Made by a program: the position numbers and the translations under genes
Origin: Deltaproteobacteria bacterium
GTDB taxonomy: Bacteria; Myxococcota_A; Polyangia; Fen-1088
NCBI GenBank assembly: GCA_033763315.1
Contig: JANRKS010000031.1
Coordinates: 128,001 to 192,000 of the forward strand
DNA: 64,000 nt
Direction: 5' to 3'
Shown: in pieces, positions 10,144-19,024 of the stretch
Position numbering within the stretch: the first letter of the stretch is position 1
How the letters are laid out: each line of letters begins with the position of its first letter
The notes under the pieces: generated by a model
What the model was told of the DNA's origin: nothing
The model's input: the letters and a program-made list of their open reading frames with translations, nothing else
Databases searched by the model: none

Positions 10144-10839
10144 GTGCGGCCCCTGATCTACCTGTTCGACATTGATGGCACTTTGGTGAGCACCGCCGGC
10201 GCGGGTCGCAAAGCCCTGTGTGCAACGTTCCGTGCACGCTACGGCAGCGACCATGGGCTGCACTTTAGCTTCGACGGCATGACCGACAAAGCCATCGTCG
10301 CGTTGGCATTGGAGGCGATGGCGGTTCCCCTGCGCGAGCCAACGTTGGCGGATGAGGTGCAAAGCGTCTTGGAAGCCTATGTGCAAACGTTGGCGTCGCT
10401 GGCCACGGCATCGGCTGACGCTTTTGTGGTTCACGAGGGCGTGGTGAACGTCCTCGATCAGGTGCACGCGGCGGGGCGGGGCGTGATGGGCCTAGGCACA
10501 GGCAACGTGCGGCAGGGCGCCGAGATCAAGCTTGCGGCGGTGAACCTTTATCACCGCTTTGCGTTCGGAGGCTTCGGTTGTGACCACCGCGATCGAACCG
10601 CGCTGCTGGCCGTGGGCGCCGCGCGGGGGGCGGCTTTGTTGGGCAAACCAGTGGCTGATTGCGATGTGCTGGTGATTGGCGACACACCGAAAGACATTGC
10701 GGCCGCGCACGGCATCGGCGCTCGCTGCGTGGCGGTGGCCACGGGCAGCTACAGCGTCGCCGACTTGCGGGCCGCGGGCGGCGACGTTTGTGTGCCCACG
10801 CTAAACGATCCTGCCGCGCTGGCGGCGCTCATGCCTTAA
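10144..10839 (+). CDS. HAD-superfamily hydrolase
   Basis: LFDIDGTL (motif I), GTGN (motif II), IGDTPKD (motif IV); GTG start inferred. Confidence 0.9.
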   Translation: MRPLIYLFDIDGTLVSTAGAGRKALCATFRARYGSDHGLHFSFDGMTDKAIVALALEAMAVPLREPTLADEVQSVLEAYVQTLASLATASADAFVVHEGVVNVLDQVHAAGRGVMGLGTGNVRQGAEIKLAAVNLYHRFAFGGFGCDHRDRTALLAVGAARGAALLGKPVADCDVLVIGDTPKDIAAAHGIGARCVAVATGSYSVADLRAAGGDVCVPTLNDPAALAALMP

Positions 10840-12974
10840 CCTTCGGCGACGGCTTTAAGCTTTTGCGCCGGCAACAGCCGCGTGATGATGTCTTCCAACG
10901 AAGCGCGCTTCCAATTGTCGGCCGGTTTGCCGAAATAAAAGCCCTGAACCACATCACAATCGCTGCTGTGCAGGTGGTGAAGTTGATCTTCAGTCTCCAC
11001 GCCTTCGGCAACCACTTCAAGACCCAGGCGGTGCCCCAAGCCCACGATGGCGCCTGCCACGGACCCTTTACGTCCTGTGACGTTGATGGCGTTGATGAAC
11101 GAACGATCGATCTTCAAAACGTCCACCCGGAACCGTTCTAGGTACGCCAAGGACGAATAGCCGGTGCCAAAGTCGTCCACCGCGATGCGAATCCCCAAAC
11201 CCTTGAGTGCTTCGAGCGTTTGGTTGGTGCGGGAGGTATCCTGCATCAACAGGCTCTCTGTGATCTCCAACTCAAGCCCATCGGGTTCGATGCCCGAAAC
11301 CTGCAAAGCGTGTTGCACGACGCGAATGAGGTCATCGGTTTCAAATTGTTTGGCCGATAGGTTCACAGCGACCCGCAAGTCATGCATGCCCTCGTCGCGC
11401 CAGCGCCGCAGCTGCATGCACGCTTCCTCTAGAACCCACGCGCCCACATCCACGATGAGGCCCGTGTCTTCCAAGATGGGGATAAAATCCACCGGCGACA
11501 CCAATCGACCGTCAGGCTTGCGCCAGCGGAGCAATGCCTCAAGCCCACTGACGCGCGCCTCGCGAATGTCGATCTGCGGCTGGTAAAACAGCAGAAACTG
11601 CTTGGCCTTGAGCGCGTGGCGCAGTTCGGCGCTCAAGCGGATGCGCTTGGTGGCGTCGGCGTCATCGTCGCCCACCGCCATTTGATAATTGTTGCGGCCC
11701 TTGTGCTTGGCTGCATGAACCGCTGAATCGGCCGCCTTCATCAGGCGTTCAGCCGAATCGCCTGCCTGGGGGTGCACCGCCACGCCCACGCTGCCCGTCA
11801 TCACAAGTTCAATGTCGTTCACAATGATCGGCGCGGTTAACGCCGCCAAAATCCGCTGCGACACTTCCTTGGGGCCGTGCGCGTTGTCGAGATCTTCAAG
11901 CAGCACGGCGAACTCATCGCCGCCGATGCGCGCCACCGTGTCGTACTCACGCACGGATTGTTGCAAACGGAGGCTCACCGTTTTGAGTAGATGATCACCC
12001 GCCTCGTGGCCCAAGCTGTCGTTGATCGCTTTGAAGCGATCGACGTCCACGAACAAAACGGCCAACGGCTGTGTTTGTCGCCGCGCGCGTGCCAAAGCGC
12101 TGTTCAGCTTCTCAACGAAGGTTGTTCGGTTGGCCAACCCGGTCAACTGATCGTGGCGCGCCAAATATGCCAAGCGCTGTTCGGCGCGTTTGCGTTCCAC
12201 GGCATAGCGCAAGGTGCGGCGCAAGGTCCGAGGATCCATCGCGCGCTTTGATAGGTAGTCTTGAACACCCATCTGCACGCCCCGCAACGCCACGTCTTCA
12301 TCATCAACGCCACCCAAAATAATGATGGCCGCATCGGGTGCCAGCGTGCGAAGCCGCACCACCACGTCCAAACCGCGTGCGTCGGGCAAAGATAGGTCGG
12401 CGAGTACGGCGTCGAACGAACTTTGGCGCATCACCTGCAACGCCTCGGCGAGGCGTTCGTTCAAGACGATCTCAGACGTCACAGGATCAAGAATGCCGCG
12501 AATGGTTTCGGCATCCGTGGGGTTGTCCTCAATCACGAGGACGCGCGGCAGCGCCTCGGGTTGAACTTCGGCCATGCCGCAACGTTGAGCGAACAGATTG
12601 GCCGCGCGCTTGAGAACTTCCTCCAGCTCGTCAGCGTTCCACGGCTTCGACAAAACCGCGTCGATCTGATTTGTCGTTGCGTTGGCGCGGTTCAAATCGA
12701 GATCCGGCATGCCCGTGATCACCACGTATGCAGCGTGGGGCTGCAGGGGCCGGAGTCGATCGATGAGCGTCAACCCGTCCATGCCGGGCATCCGCAAATC
12801 AGTGACAATCACCGGGTAAACGCAGCGCTCCGCCAAAGCCACGGCTTCGGGACCGGTTCCTGCGCATTCTGTTTCAAAGCCCCGTGTTGCCATCACGCGC
12901 GAGAACGCCCGGCGAATACCGGCGTCATCGTCGATGAAAAGCACTTTCACGGTGGTGTGGTTTTCCGCCATCAA
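10836..12974 (-). CDS. REC-REC-GGDEF-EAL diguanylate cyclase/phosphodiesterase
   Basis: Two receiver domains (TDLRMP, ADLSLP), REYD I-site, GGDEF, EAL and DDFGTGYSS all intact. Confidence 0.95.
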   Translation of the reverse strand: MMAENHTTVKVLFIDDDAGIRRAFSRVMATRGFETECAGTGPEAVALAERCVYPVIVTDLRMPGMDGLTLIDRLRPLQPHAAYVVITGMPDLDLNRANATTNQIDAVLSKPWNADELEEVLKRAANLFAQRCGMAEVQPEALPRVLVIEDNPTDAETIRGILDPVTSEIVLNERLAEALQVMRQSSFDAVLADLSLPDARGLDVVVRLRTLAPDAAIIILGGVDDEDVALRGVQMGVQDYLSKRAMDPRTLRRTLRYAVERKRAEQRLAYLARHDQLTGLANRTTFVEKLNSALARARRQTQPLAVLFVDVDRFKAINDSLGHEAGDHLLKTVSLRLQQSVREYDTVARIGGDEFAVLLEDLDNAHGPKEVSQRILAALTAPIIVNDIELVMTGSVGVAVHPQAGDSAERLMKAADSAVHAAKHKGRNNYQMAVGDDDADATKRIRLSAELRHALKAKQFLLFYQPQIDIREARVSGLEALLRWRKPDGRLVSPVDFIPILEDTGLIVDVGAWVLEEACMQLRRWRDEGMHDLRVAVNLSAKQFETDDLIRVVQHALQVSGIEPDGLELEITESLLMQDTSRTNQTLEALKGLGIRIAVDDFGTGYSSLAYLERFRVDVLKIDRSFINAINVTGRKGSVAGAIVGLGHRLGLEVVAEGVETEDQLHHLHSSDCDVVQGFYFGKPADNWKRASLEDIITRLLPAQKLKAVAEG

Positions 12975-13123
12975 ACACGCTTCCGAACTGGATTGGGTGA
13001 CCTAGTCGTAAGGTGCATCGGCGGGGCCCGCGCGCGCCTGTAGGCCAAACCCGCAAACAGACCGGAGCCAGATAGCCCAGCTCAGGCGAGATCACCGCGT
13101 CGAAAGGTCGCCGAGCCTCAAAC

Positions 13124-13165
13124 ACCAAAGGGTCTGGGCTGCCCCACAGCCTCAGACCCTTTGGT
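13124..13165 (-). terminator. Strong stem-loop downstream of leuA (putative terminator)
   Basis: ACCAAAGGGTCTG / CAGACCCTTTGGT 13-bp perfect stem plus 5-bp inner stem; U-tract is weak. Confidence 0.6.
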
Positions 13166-13187
13166 TACAATTTCTTCGCGTTCGTTG

Positions 13188-14342
13188 TTAGGCGGCGCTT
13201 TGCGCTTGGCGGGCAATGCTGGCGATCTCGTCGTCGGTCAGGCCCTTCTTGTTGTCCGCCAACGCGATGAACTTGGTGTACACCTCGTCAATCTGCGACG
13301 TGGTCAAGGCAAAGCCCAAATGCGCGCAGCGATCGGCCAAGGCGTGACGGCCACTGTGTTTGCCCAGCACCAATCGGCTTTCAGGGACGCCCACGCTGTG
13401 CGGATCCATGATCTCGTATGTGGTGCGTTCCTTGAGGAAACCGTCTTGATGAATGCCCGCTTCGTGTGCGAAAGCGTTCTGCCCGACAATCGCTTTGTTT
13501 GGCTGTGGCGACACGCCGATGATTGAAGCCAGCAATTGGCTTGCTGGGTAAAGCTGCGGCGTGTTGATGCCTGTCGAAAATGGCAACAGATCGCTGCGCA
13601 CCTTCATAGCCATCACAATTTCCTCAAGCGAGCAGTTGCCGGCGCGTTCGCCGATACCGTTGATGGTGCATTCCACCTGGCGCGCGCCGGCCTGCACACC
13701 CGCCAAGCTATTCGCCACCGCCAGACCTAGGTCGTTGTGACAGTGAACCGATACGATGGCTCGGTTGCCTACCGCGGCCACCACTTTGGCGATCATTGCG
13801 GCAAACTCCTGCGGCAGCGTGTAGCCCACGGTGTCGGGAATGTTCACCACGCTCGCGCCGGCATCCACGACCGCCTTTGCGAATCGAGCCAAGCTGTCGG
13901 GCGATGTGCGCGTGGCGTCTTCGGCCGAAAACTCAACATTGCTGACGTATTTGCGTGCCAAGGTGACGGCCGCCACGGCGGCTGCCAAAGCTTCGTCCTC
14001 GGTTTTGCGAAGCTTGTGCGTCAAGTGGATGGGGCTTGTGGCAATGAACGTGTGAATGCGTGGGTTCTTGGCCTTATCAAGGGCGCGCGCCGCCTGATCA
14101 ATGTCCTTGGCGTTGCAGCGAGCCAACGCGGCCACGGAGACGTCCGAAAACTCGCGGCTGATGAGGCTGACTGCCTGGGTGTCCCCTTCCGAAGCCATCG
14201 GAAACCCAGCCTCCATCACATCCACCCCCAGCTCCACCAGCTTGCGCGCCATCAACAGCTTCTCTTCCACGGTCATGCTGCAGCCGCAGGACTGTTCGCC
14301 GTCGCGCAAAGTGGTGTCGAAGATGAATACGCGGTCGTTCAT
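13188..14342 (-). CDS. leuA: 2-isopropylmalate synthase, short form without the C-terminal regulatory domain
   Basis: DTTLRDGEQ, HCHNDLG, NGIGERAGN, HEAGIHQDG, GKHSGRHA; 384 aa. Confidence 0.88.
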   Translation of the reverse strand: MNDRVFIFDTTLRDGEQSCGCSMTVEEKLLMARKLVELGVDVMEAGFPMASEGDTQAVSLISREFSDVSVAALARCNAKDIDQAARALDKAKNPRIHTFIATSPIHLTHKLRKTEDEALAAAVAAVTLARKYVSNVEFSAEDATRTSPDSLARFAKAVVDAGASVVNIPDTVGYTLPQEFAAMIAKVVAAVGNRAIVSVHCHNDLGLAVANSLAGVQAGARQVECTINGIGERAGNCSLEEIVMAMKVRSDLLPFSTGINTPQLYPASQLLASIIGVSPQPNKAIVGQNAFAHEAGIHQDGFLKERTTYEIMDPHSVGVPESRLVLGKHSGRHALADRCAHLGFALTTSQIDEVYTKFIALADNKKGLTDDEIASIARQAQSAA

Positions 14343-14467
14343 GGTGCCTCGATTGTTTCCTCAGGTTGAGCTGATGTGGCGACCCGCTGGTGGGTCTAAA
14401 TGCTTTGACTCTTTAGAAGTTAGCGCCTCACAAACAATATGGCGAATTTATTGTTTCCTTAATTTTT

Positions 14468-14482
14468 ATAATACCTGCTTAT
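14468..14482. promoter_or_regulatory. Putative LysR binding site (T-N11-A)
   Basis: ATAA-TACCTGC-TTAT dyad in the AT-rich spacer between the divergent leuA and LysR genes. Confidence 0.55.
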
Positions 14483-14523
14483 GCAATAAGATGAATTAAT
14501 CTAAACCTGAGGTGGGATAAGCA

Positions 14524-15390
14524 ATGGAACTGCACGAGCTGCAAGTTTTTCGAATGGTCGCAGACGAAGGAAGCTTCTCACGCGCCGCGGTGAAATTGGG
14601 CCGCACGCAGCCGGCCGTGTCTTTGGCGGTTCAACGCCTGGAATCCGAACTGGGTGAGGCTCTCATTGATCGTGGCACAAAAGCCTTGCGGCTGACGGAC
14701 GCGGGCCAACTGGTGCACGATTTTGCCCGCCGTTTCGACAACTTGGGTGGCGAGCTGACCGGGGCGCTGGCGGAATTGCGTGACAAAGGCGCAGGTCAAC
14801 TGGTGATCGGCGCCAACGAGTCCACGACGCTTTACCTGCTGAATCAAATTGTTGAGTACCGGCGCAAGTACCCACGCGTGCGGGTCCTCGTGCGCCGCAG
14901 CCTTTCCAGCAAGATTCCCGAAGACATCGTTGGTGGCGAGCTTGAGCTTGGGGTGATCTCTTACGACCCGCGAGACGAACGCCTGGCAACGAAGGAGATC
15001 TACACGGATCACTTGGCCTTCGTGGTCTCGCCCCAACACCGGTTGGCGTCGCGCAAGTCTGTGGCAATCACGGAGCTGGGGATGGAGACCTTCATCGCTC
15101 ACATCGTGCTTTCGCCCTACCGGGAGGGGGTTTTGCGCGAATTTGAACGGCGAAACGTGCCGCTCAACCGGGACATCGAAATGCCCACGATCGAATCCAT
15201 AAAGAAGTTGGTGCAAATGAACGAAGGCGTCGCGTTCCTGCCCCGCATGTGCGTCGGGCCTGAGATCGAACAAGGGATACTGCGGGAGGTGGAAGTCAGC
15301 GAGTTCCGCATCGATCGGAAGATCAACCTCGTGTATCCGGCGAAGCGTTCGTTAAGCCACGCCGCTAAGGCCTTTTTGGCGCTCTTGTGA
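14524..15390 (+). CDS. LysR-family transcriptional regulator
   Basis: SFSRAAVKLGRTQPAVSLAVQRLESELG HTH plus LysR substrate-binding domain. Confidence 0.95.
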   Translation: MELHELQVFRMVADEGSFSRAAVKLGRTQPAVSLAVQRLESELGEALIDRGTKALRLTDAGQLVHDFARRFDNLGGELTGALAELRDKGAGQLVIGANESTTLYLLNQIVEYRRKYPRVRVLVRRSLSSKIPEDIVGGELELGVISYDPRDERLATKEIYTDHLAFVVSPQHRLASRKSVAITELGMETFIAHIVLSPYREGVLREFERRNVPLNRDIEMPTIESIKKLVQMNEGVAFLPRMCVGPEIEQGILREVEVSEFRIDRKINLVYPAKRSLSHAAKAFLALL

Positions 15391-15499
15391 CGCCCATTCT
15401 TCCGCTTGGGGCACGATCTGCCTTAATAATGGCCGTTGCGTGTCAAGACGAGGTTCAGTTCGGACGAATTGCTGTGCAGTCTGCGTAACACCAGCGCTC

Positions 15500-17791
15500 A
15501 TGAACTTCACCAAGAGAACAGCTTTGTTGCTTAGGGCAAACGTGGTCGTGGCGGTCTCGCTGTGGTTGTGCCTATGGCAGCCACAGGCGATCCGGGCACA
15601 AACGTGGGTGAACGCCCATGACCCGAAGTCGTTCGTGTCCCCTCCGTTGGGAGCGAAGGCGGATGGGTTTGGTGGGCAGGTGCGCGTGGACGCTGAGCTT
15701 CATGCGGCCTGGTTGCGCGCGCAGAGCCAAGGACCGCGCAAAGCAGCCACAGACACTTCGGGCATCGTGCGCGTGGGCGAAGTGCTCATTGTGCCTGGCG
15801 ACGATCAAATGATCACAATGGTGGGCAACAAGTTTGGCATCGCGCCTGCGGCACTCAAGAACATCACCCGCCCTGTGATCGAATTTGCCGGCGACAATTT
15901 CGAGATCATCACGTTGTGGGTCACGTTTGACGATCGAGGCACCGACGCGTTGGCGTATGCCGTGAACGTGCGCAATGAAGTCAAAGGGTTGGGGCGACGC
16001 CTGCCGTTGCAGGATATGTCCGGCAGCTATGGTTCAAAGGGCACTCTGCGGGCTGTGGTGAACATGAAGGGGGTGGGGCTGTCATCCACCGACGAGCAAA
16101 AAAACTGGACCGTGGGTTTGCAAATTTGGGGTCAAGAGACCGGCCATCGTTTCATGGCATTCATGGAAGTCCGCGATCCGCGAAGCGGCCGCCCCTCCGA
16201 CCTGCTGTTGGGCCGCGACTGCGCCCATTTCGATTGGTTCGTTGACACGCAAGCGTCGGTGCAAGATGGCCTCGCGTGGACCGACAATGGCAACGGCACA
16301 TTCACGTGGACTGATCGCACACTTCGCTACGGCAACCTTGATTTATACGGAATGGGGTTGATGCCCGGCGATGAATTGCCGCCGTTTTTTGCGATCACTG
16401 ACGTAGCCAACTACACGCGGCCGGCGTGTCTTGATTGGAGTGGAGGCCGCATTCCGACGCAGCAAACGGTCACCGGCAAGCGTTTGGATTTGGGCATCGA
16501 CGATGTGGTCGCGGCCAATGGCCTGCGCGTTCCCGAGATGTCGACGGGCTATATGCGTGAGCTGCAAGTGGTCGTGACGAAGCCGAATGAAAGCGTCACC
16601 AGCGCTACGGCGGTGGGCTTGGCGCAGCGGATCGACCGCGCGCGCGTGTGGTGGGAAGAGTGGGCTCGCACCGCCAGTGGCAATCGTTTGGTGGTGTGCA
16701 CGCAATCCACAGCAGACTGCGGGGACGCACGTTCGGATGTGCTTGGCGTGGCGCCCGCGCCAAACGCCGTTCCAGCCCTGGGACCGGTGCCCTTCGAGGT
16801 CAACCTGGCCAACACCGGTGCGAAGGATGCCACCGGCATCAAAGCTTCGGTCGAGGTACGCCTCGGCGAGCAACGGTTTTCTTCGGGCCCACCACAACCT
16901 GTGCCTGCCTTGCCTGCGGGCGCTGTTCGAACGGAGCGAATCAGCGTCAGCCTGCCCGGTGTGGCGTGCGGCACCGAAGTGGAGGTGTTCGCTCGCACCC
17001 AAAGCGACTTTCACTACAGCCGCCAACGTGTTTCGCTGCCTGTAGGCGTCAGCACCTTGTGGACAGAGGGATTCGAGCAGGAAAGTGGGTGGGTTGTGAA
17101 CGCCGACGCCACTGACACCGGCCAAGGTGCCACGTGGGAGCGCGGCCGTCCTCAACTTAGCTTTCTTTCCGATCGCACCGTTCAACCGGACGCCGCCTTC
17201 GCGGGCGACAACGCGTTCGTCACTGGTTTGGTGCCCACTGAATCGGGCTTATCAGGTGGCTTTGTGAAGATGGGCAAGGTTTCTTTGTTGTCACCCGTGG
17301 TTCCTGCCGCAGGCGCGCGCACACCTACGCTGCGTTACCATGTCAGCTTTTCCGGTATGCGTTCGGCCGGTGGTGGCGGCGTCGAAGCCAGCGACCAATC
17401 GTCGTTGGTTGTTCAAGTGCGGTCGGTGGCGGCAGGCGTGGCTAGCCCCTGGGTCGATATCGATCGCCTCACAAACCTCTTCACCTCAGGTTGGATTCAA
17501 CGTGTTGTCGTTTTGCCTATGGGCTTGAACCTTAGCGAGGGCGTGCAATTTCAGTTCGTCGCTGCGGACGACAACGTGGATGCGCCAGGCGGCGTTGAAG
17601 CGGCCATCGATGACGTTTCGCTCACCTCAACCCTGGCTGCGTGCGATGTCCCGGATGCGGGTGTCGATGGCGGCCGCGCCACTGATGACGGCGGTGGTTG
17701 TGGCTGCACCGTGGGACGTCGCTCTCCGCGCGACGCGGCCTTTGTGTTTGTGTGCGGCGCTCTGTGGCTGTGGCGCCGTCGACGCCGCTGA
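15500..17791 (+). CDS. Secreted MYXO-CTERM surface protein with a metallopeptidase-like (QExxH) domain
   Basis: Signal peptide; GQETGHRF; C-terminal GGGCGCTVG...hydrophobic helix...RRRRR sorting signal. Confidence 0.8.
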   Translation: MNFTKRTALLLRANVVVAVSLWLCLWQPQAIRAQTWVNAHDPKSFVSPPLGAKADGFGGQVRVDAELHAAWLRAQSQGPRKAATDTSGIVRVGEVLIVPGDDQMITMVGNKFGIAPAALKNITRPVIEFAGDNFEIITLWVTFDDRGTDALAYAVNVRNEVKGLGRRLPLQDMSGSYGSKGTLRAVVNMKGVGLSSTDEQKNWTVGLQIWGQETGHRFMAFMEVRDPRSGRPSDLLLGRDCAHFDWFVDTQASVQDGLAWTDNGNGTFTWTDRTLRYGNLDLYGMGLMPGDELPPFFAITDVANYTRPACLDWSGGRIPTQQTVTGKRLDLGIDDVVAANGLRVPEMSTGYMRELQVVVTKPNESVTSATAVGLAQRIDRARVWWEEWARTASGNRLVVCTQSTADCGDARSDVLGVAPAPNAVPALGPVPFEVNLANTGAKDATGIKASVEVRLGEQRFSSGPPQPVPALPAGAVRTERISVSLPGVACGTEVEVFARTQSDFHYSRQRVSLPVGVSTLWTEGFEQESGWVVNADATDTGQGATWERGRPQLSFLSDRTVQPDAAFAGDNAFVTGLVPTESGLSGGFVKMGKVSLLSPVVPAAGARTPTLRYHVSFSGMRSAGGGGVEASDQSSLVVQVRSVAAGVASPWVDIDRLTNLFTSGWIQRVVVLPMGLNLSEGVQFQFVAADDNVDAPGGVEAAIDDVSLTSTLAACDVPDAGVDGGRATDDGGGCGCTVGRRSPRDAAFVFVCGALWLWRRRRR

Positions 17792-17798
17792 TCCCCGC

Positions 17799-18263
17799 TT
17801 ATTTCTCTTCCGCCTGAGTCAAGATCGCGATGTGCGCGGCGCCTGATCGGCGTGCCACCGACATGATGTCCACCGCGGCACCTAGGTAAACGTTCTTGTC
17901 GCCGCGGATCAGCAACGTGTCTGAGCCCACTTCAGCGAAGGCTTTCTTCAATTCAGCTTCAAGCTGGTCTGGGGCCACCTTCTTATTGAACACGAATAGC
18001 TCGTTGTTCTTCGTGATCGTCAAGATTGGATCCGTTCGACGCTTCGTCACGGGACCCGCCGTTTGCGATTTCGGCAGGGTGACCTTGACGCCGGAACGTG
18101 AAGCCTTCTCCGTTTCCACCAAGGCCGTTGAAGTCACCATAAAGATGATCAGCAACACCAAGAAGACGTCGGTCAAAGGCGTGATGTTAATTTCCGCGAC
18201 GATGGCCTCGCTGCCGCCTTCCTCATCGGAAGTGGCGTCGGCCATGTTGACTCCCATGCCCAT
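17799..18263 (-). CDS. exbD: ExbD/TolR-family biopolymer transport protein
   Basis: EINITPLTDVFLVLLIIFMVT; LLIRGDK. Confidence 0.9.
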   Translation of the reverse strand: MGMGVNMADATSDEEGGSEAIVAEINITPLTDVFLVLLIIFMVTSTALVETEKASRSGVKVTLPKSQTAGPVTKRRTDPILTITKNNELFVFNKKVAPDQLEAELKKAFAEVGSDTLLIRGDKNVYLGAAVDIMSVARRSGAAHIAILTQAEEK

Positions 18264-18290
18264 GATGCGTCTCCTTCGCTGGCGCGGCCG

Positions 18291-18968
18291 TTAAGCCGTG
18301 ACGGTGGGTTCAGCGGCCGGCGGGGCCGCAGGTTTCGGTGCTGCGCCTTGGGCCACTTCATTTAGGGCCGCCAAGAACTCTTCACAGTAAAGCTTGTATT
18401 GAACGCCGATGCCGGCCACCCGCGCGACGAAATAGTTGTAAGCAATGACCGCGTAGATGGCGACCATTAGGCCCGCCGCCGTGGCCACCAACGCCGCCGC
18501 GATGCCGCCCGCCACAACCTTAAAGCCGCCGGTGCCCGCCGCTGCCATAGACTGAAACGCCTTCAAAATACCCACGACGGTGCCGAACAAGCCAACGAAC
18601 GGCGCTGACGAGCCCACCGTGCCCAGAGCCCATAAATACCGTTTGAAGTGCGATGTGACCGCTAAACGTTGCGAAGTCACCACTTGGGCCGTCTGCTCGG
18701 GGCGCTTCTTGAAGGTTTTCAAGCCCTTCTCGAACACTTCCGCCAAGGGTTCGTTCGATGTTTCACATAACGCCGTGGCCTTGGGCAACTCGCCATTCTC
18801 GATGGCGGCCACCACCCGATCTTTGAAAGCTTCGGATTTCGGTAACACGTTCCAAAGGCTATAAAAGCGCTCGCAGATGATCGTTAAGCCGGCCAAGGAC
18901 CACATGAGCAGCAGTCCCAGAATCAGCCATTCGTCGCGCAGCAGGTCGCGTAGGGTTTCCCAGGTCAT
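18291..18968 (-). CDS. exbB: MotA/TolQ/ExbB proton channel protein
   Basis: LGTVGSSAPFVGLFGTVVGI; ALVATAAGL; three TM helices. Confidence 0.9.
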   Translation of the reverse strand: MTWETLRDLLRDEWLILGLLLMWSLAGLTIICERFYSLWNVLPKSEAFKDRVVAAIENGELPKATALCETSNEPLAEVFEKGLKTFKKRPEQTAQVVTSQRLAVTSHFKRYLWALGTVGSSAPFVGLFGTVVGILKAFQSMAAAGTGGFKVVAGGIAAALVATAAGLMVAIYAVIAYNYFVARVAGIGVQYKLYCEEFLAALNEVAQGAAPKPAAPPAAEPTVTA

Positions 18969-19024
18969 AGGCGTTAAACGAGCATAGCTCTAAACCCGCG
19001 GACTAGCATGGGACCTCAAGTACA

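Noticed and set aside
13040-13120. Riboswitch-like words (CTCAGG, CGAAAG) upstream of the GGDEF-EAL gene
   Set aside because: They are on the wrong strand for that gene and lack the full glycine or c-di-GMP aptamer consensus.
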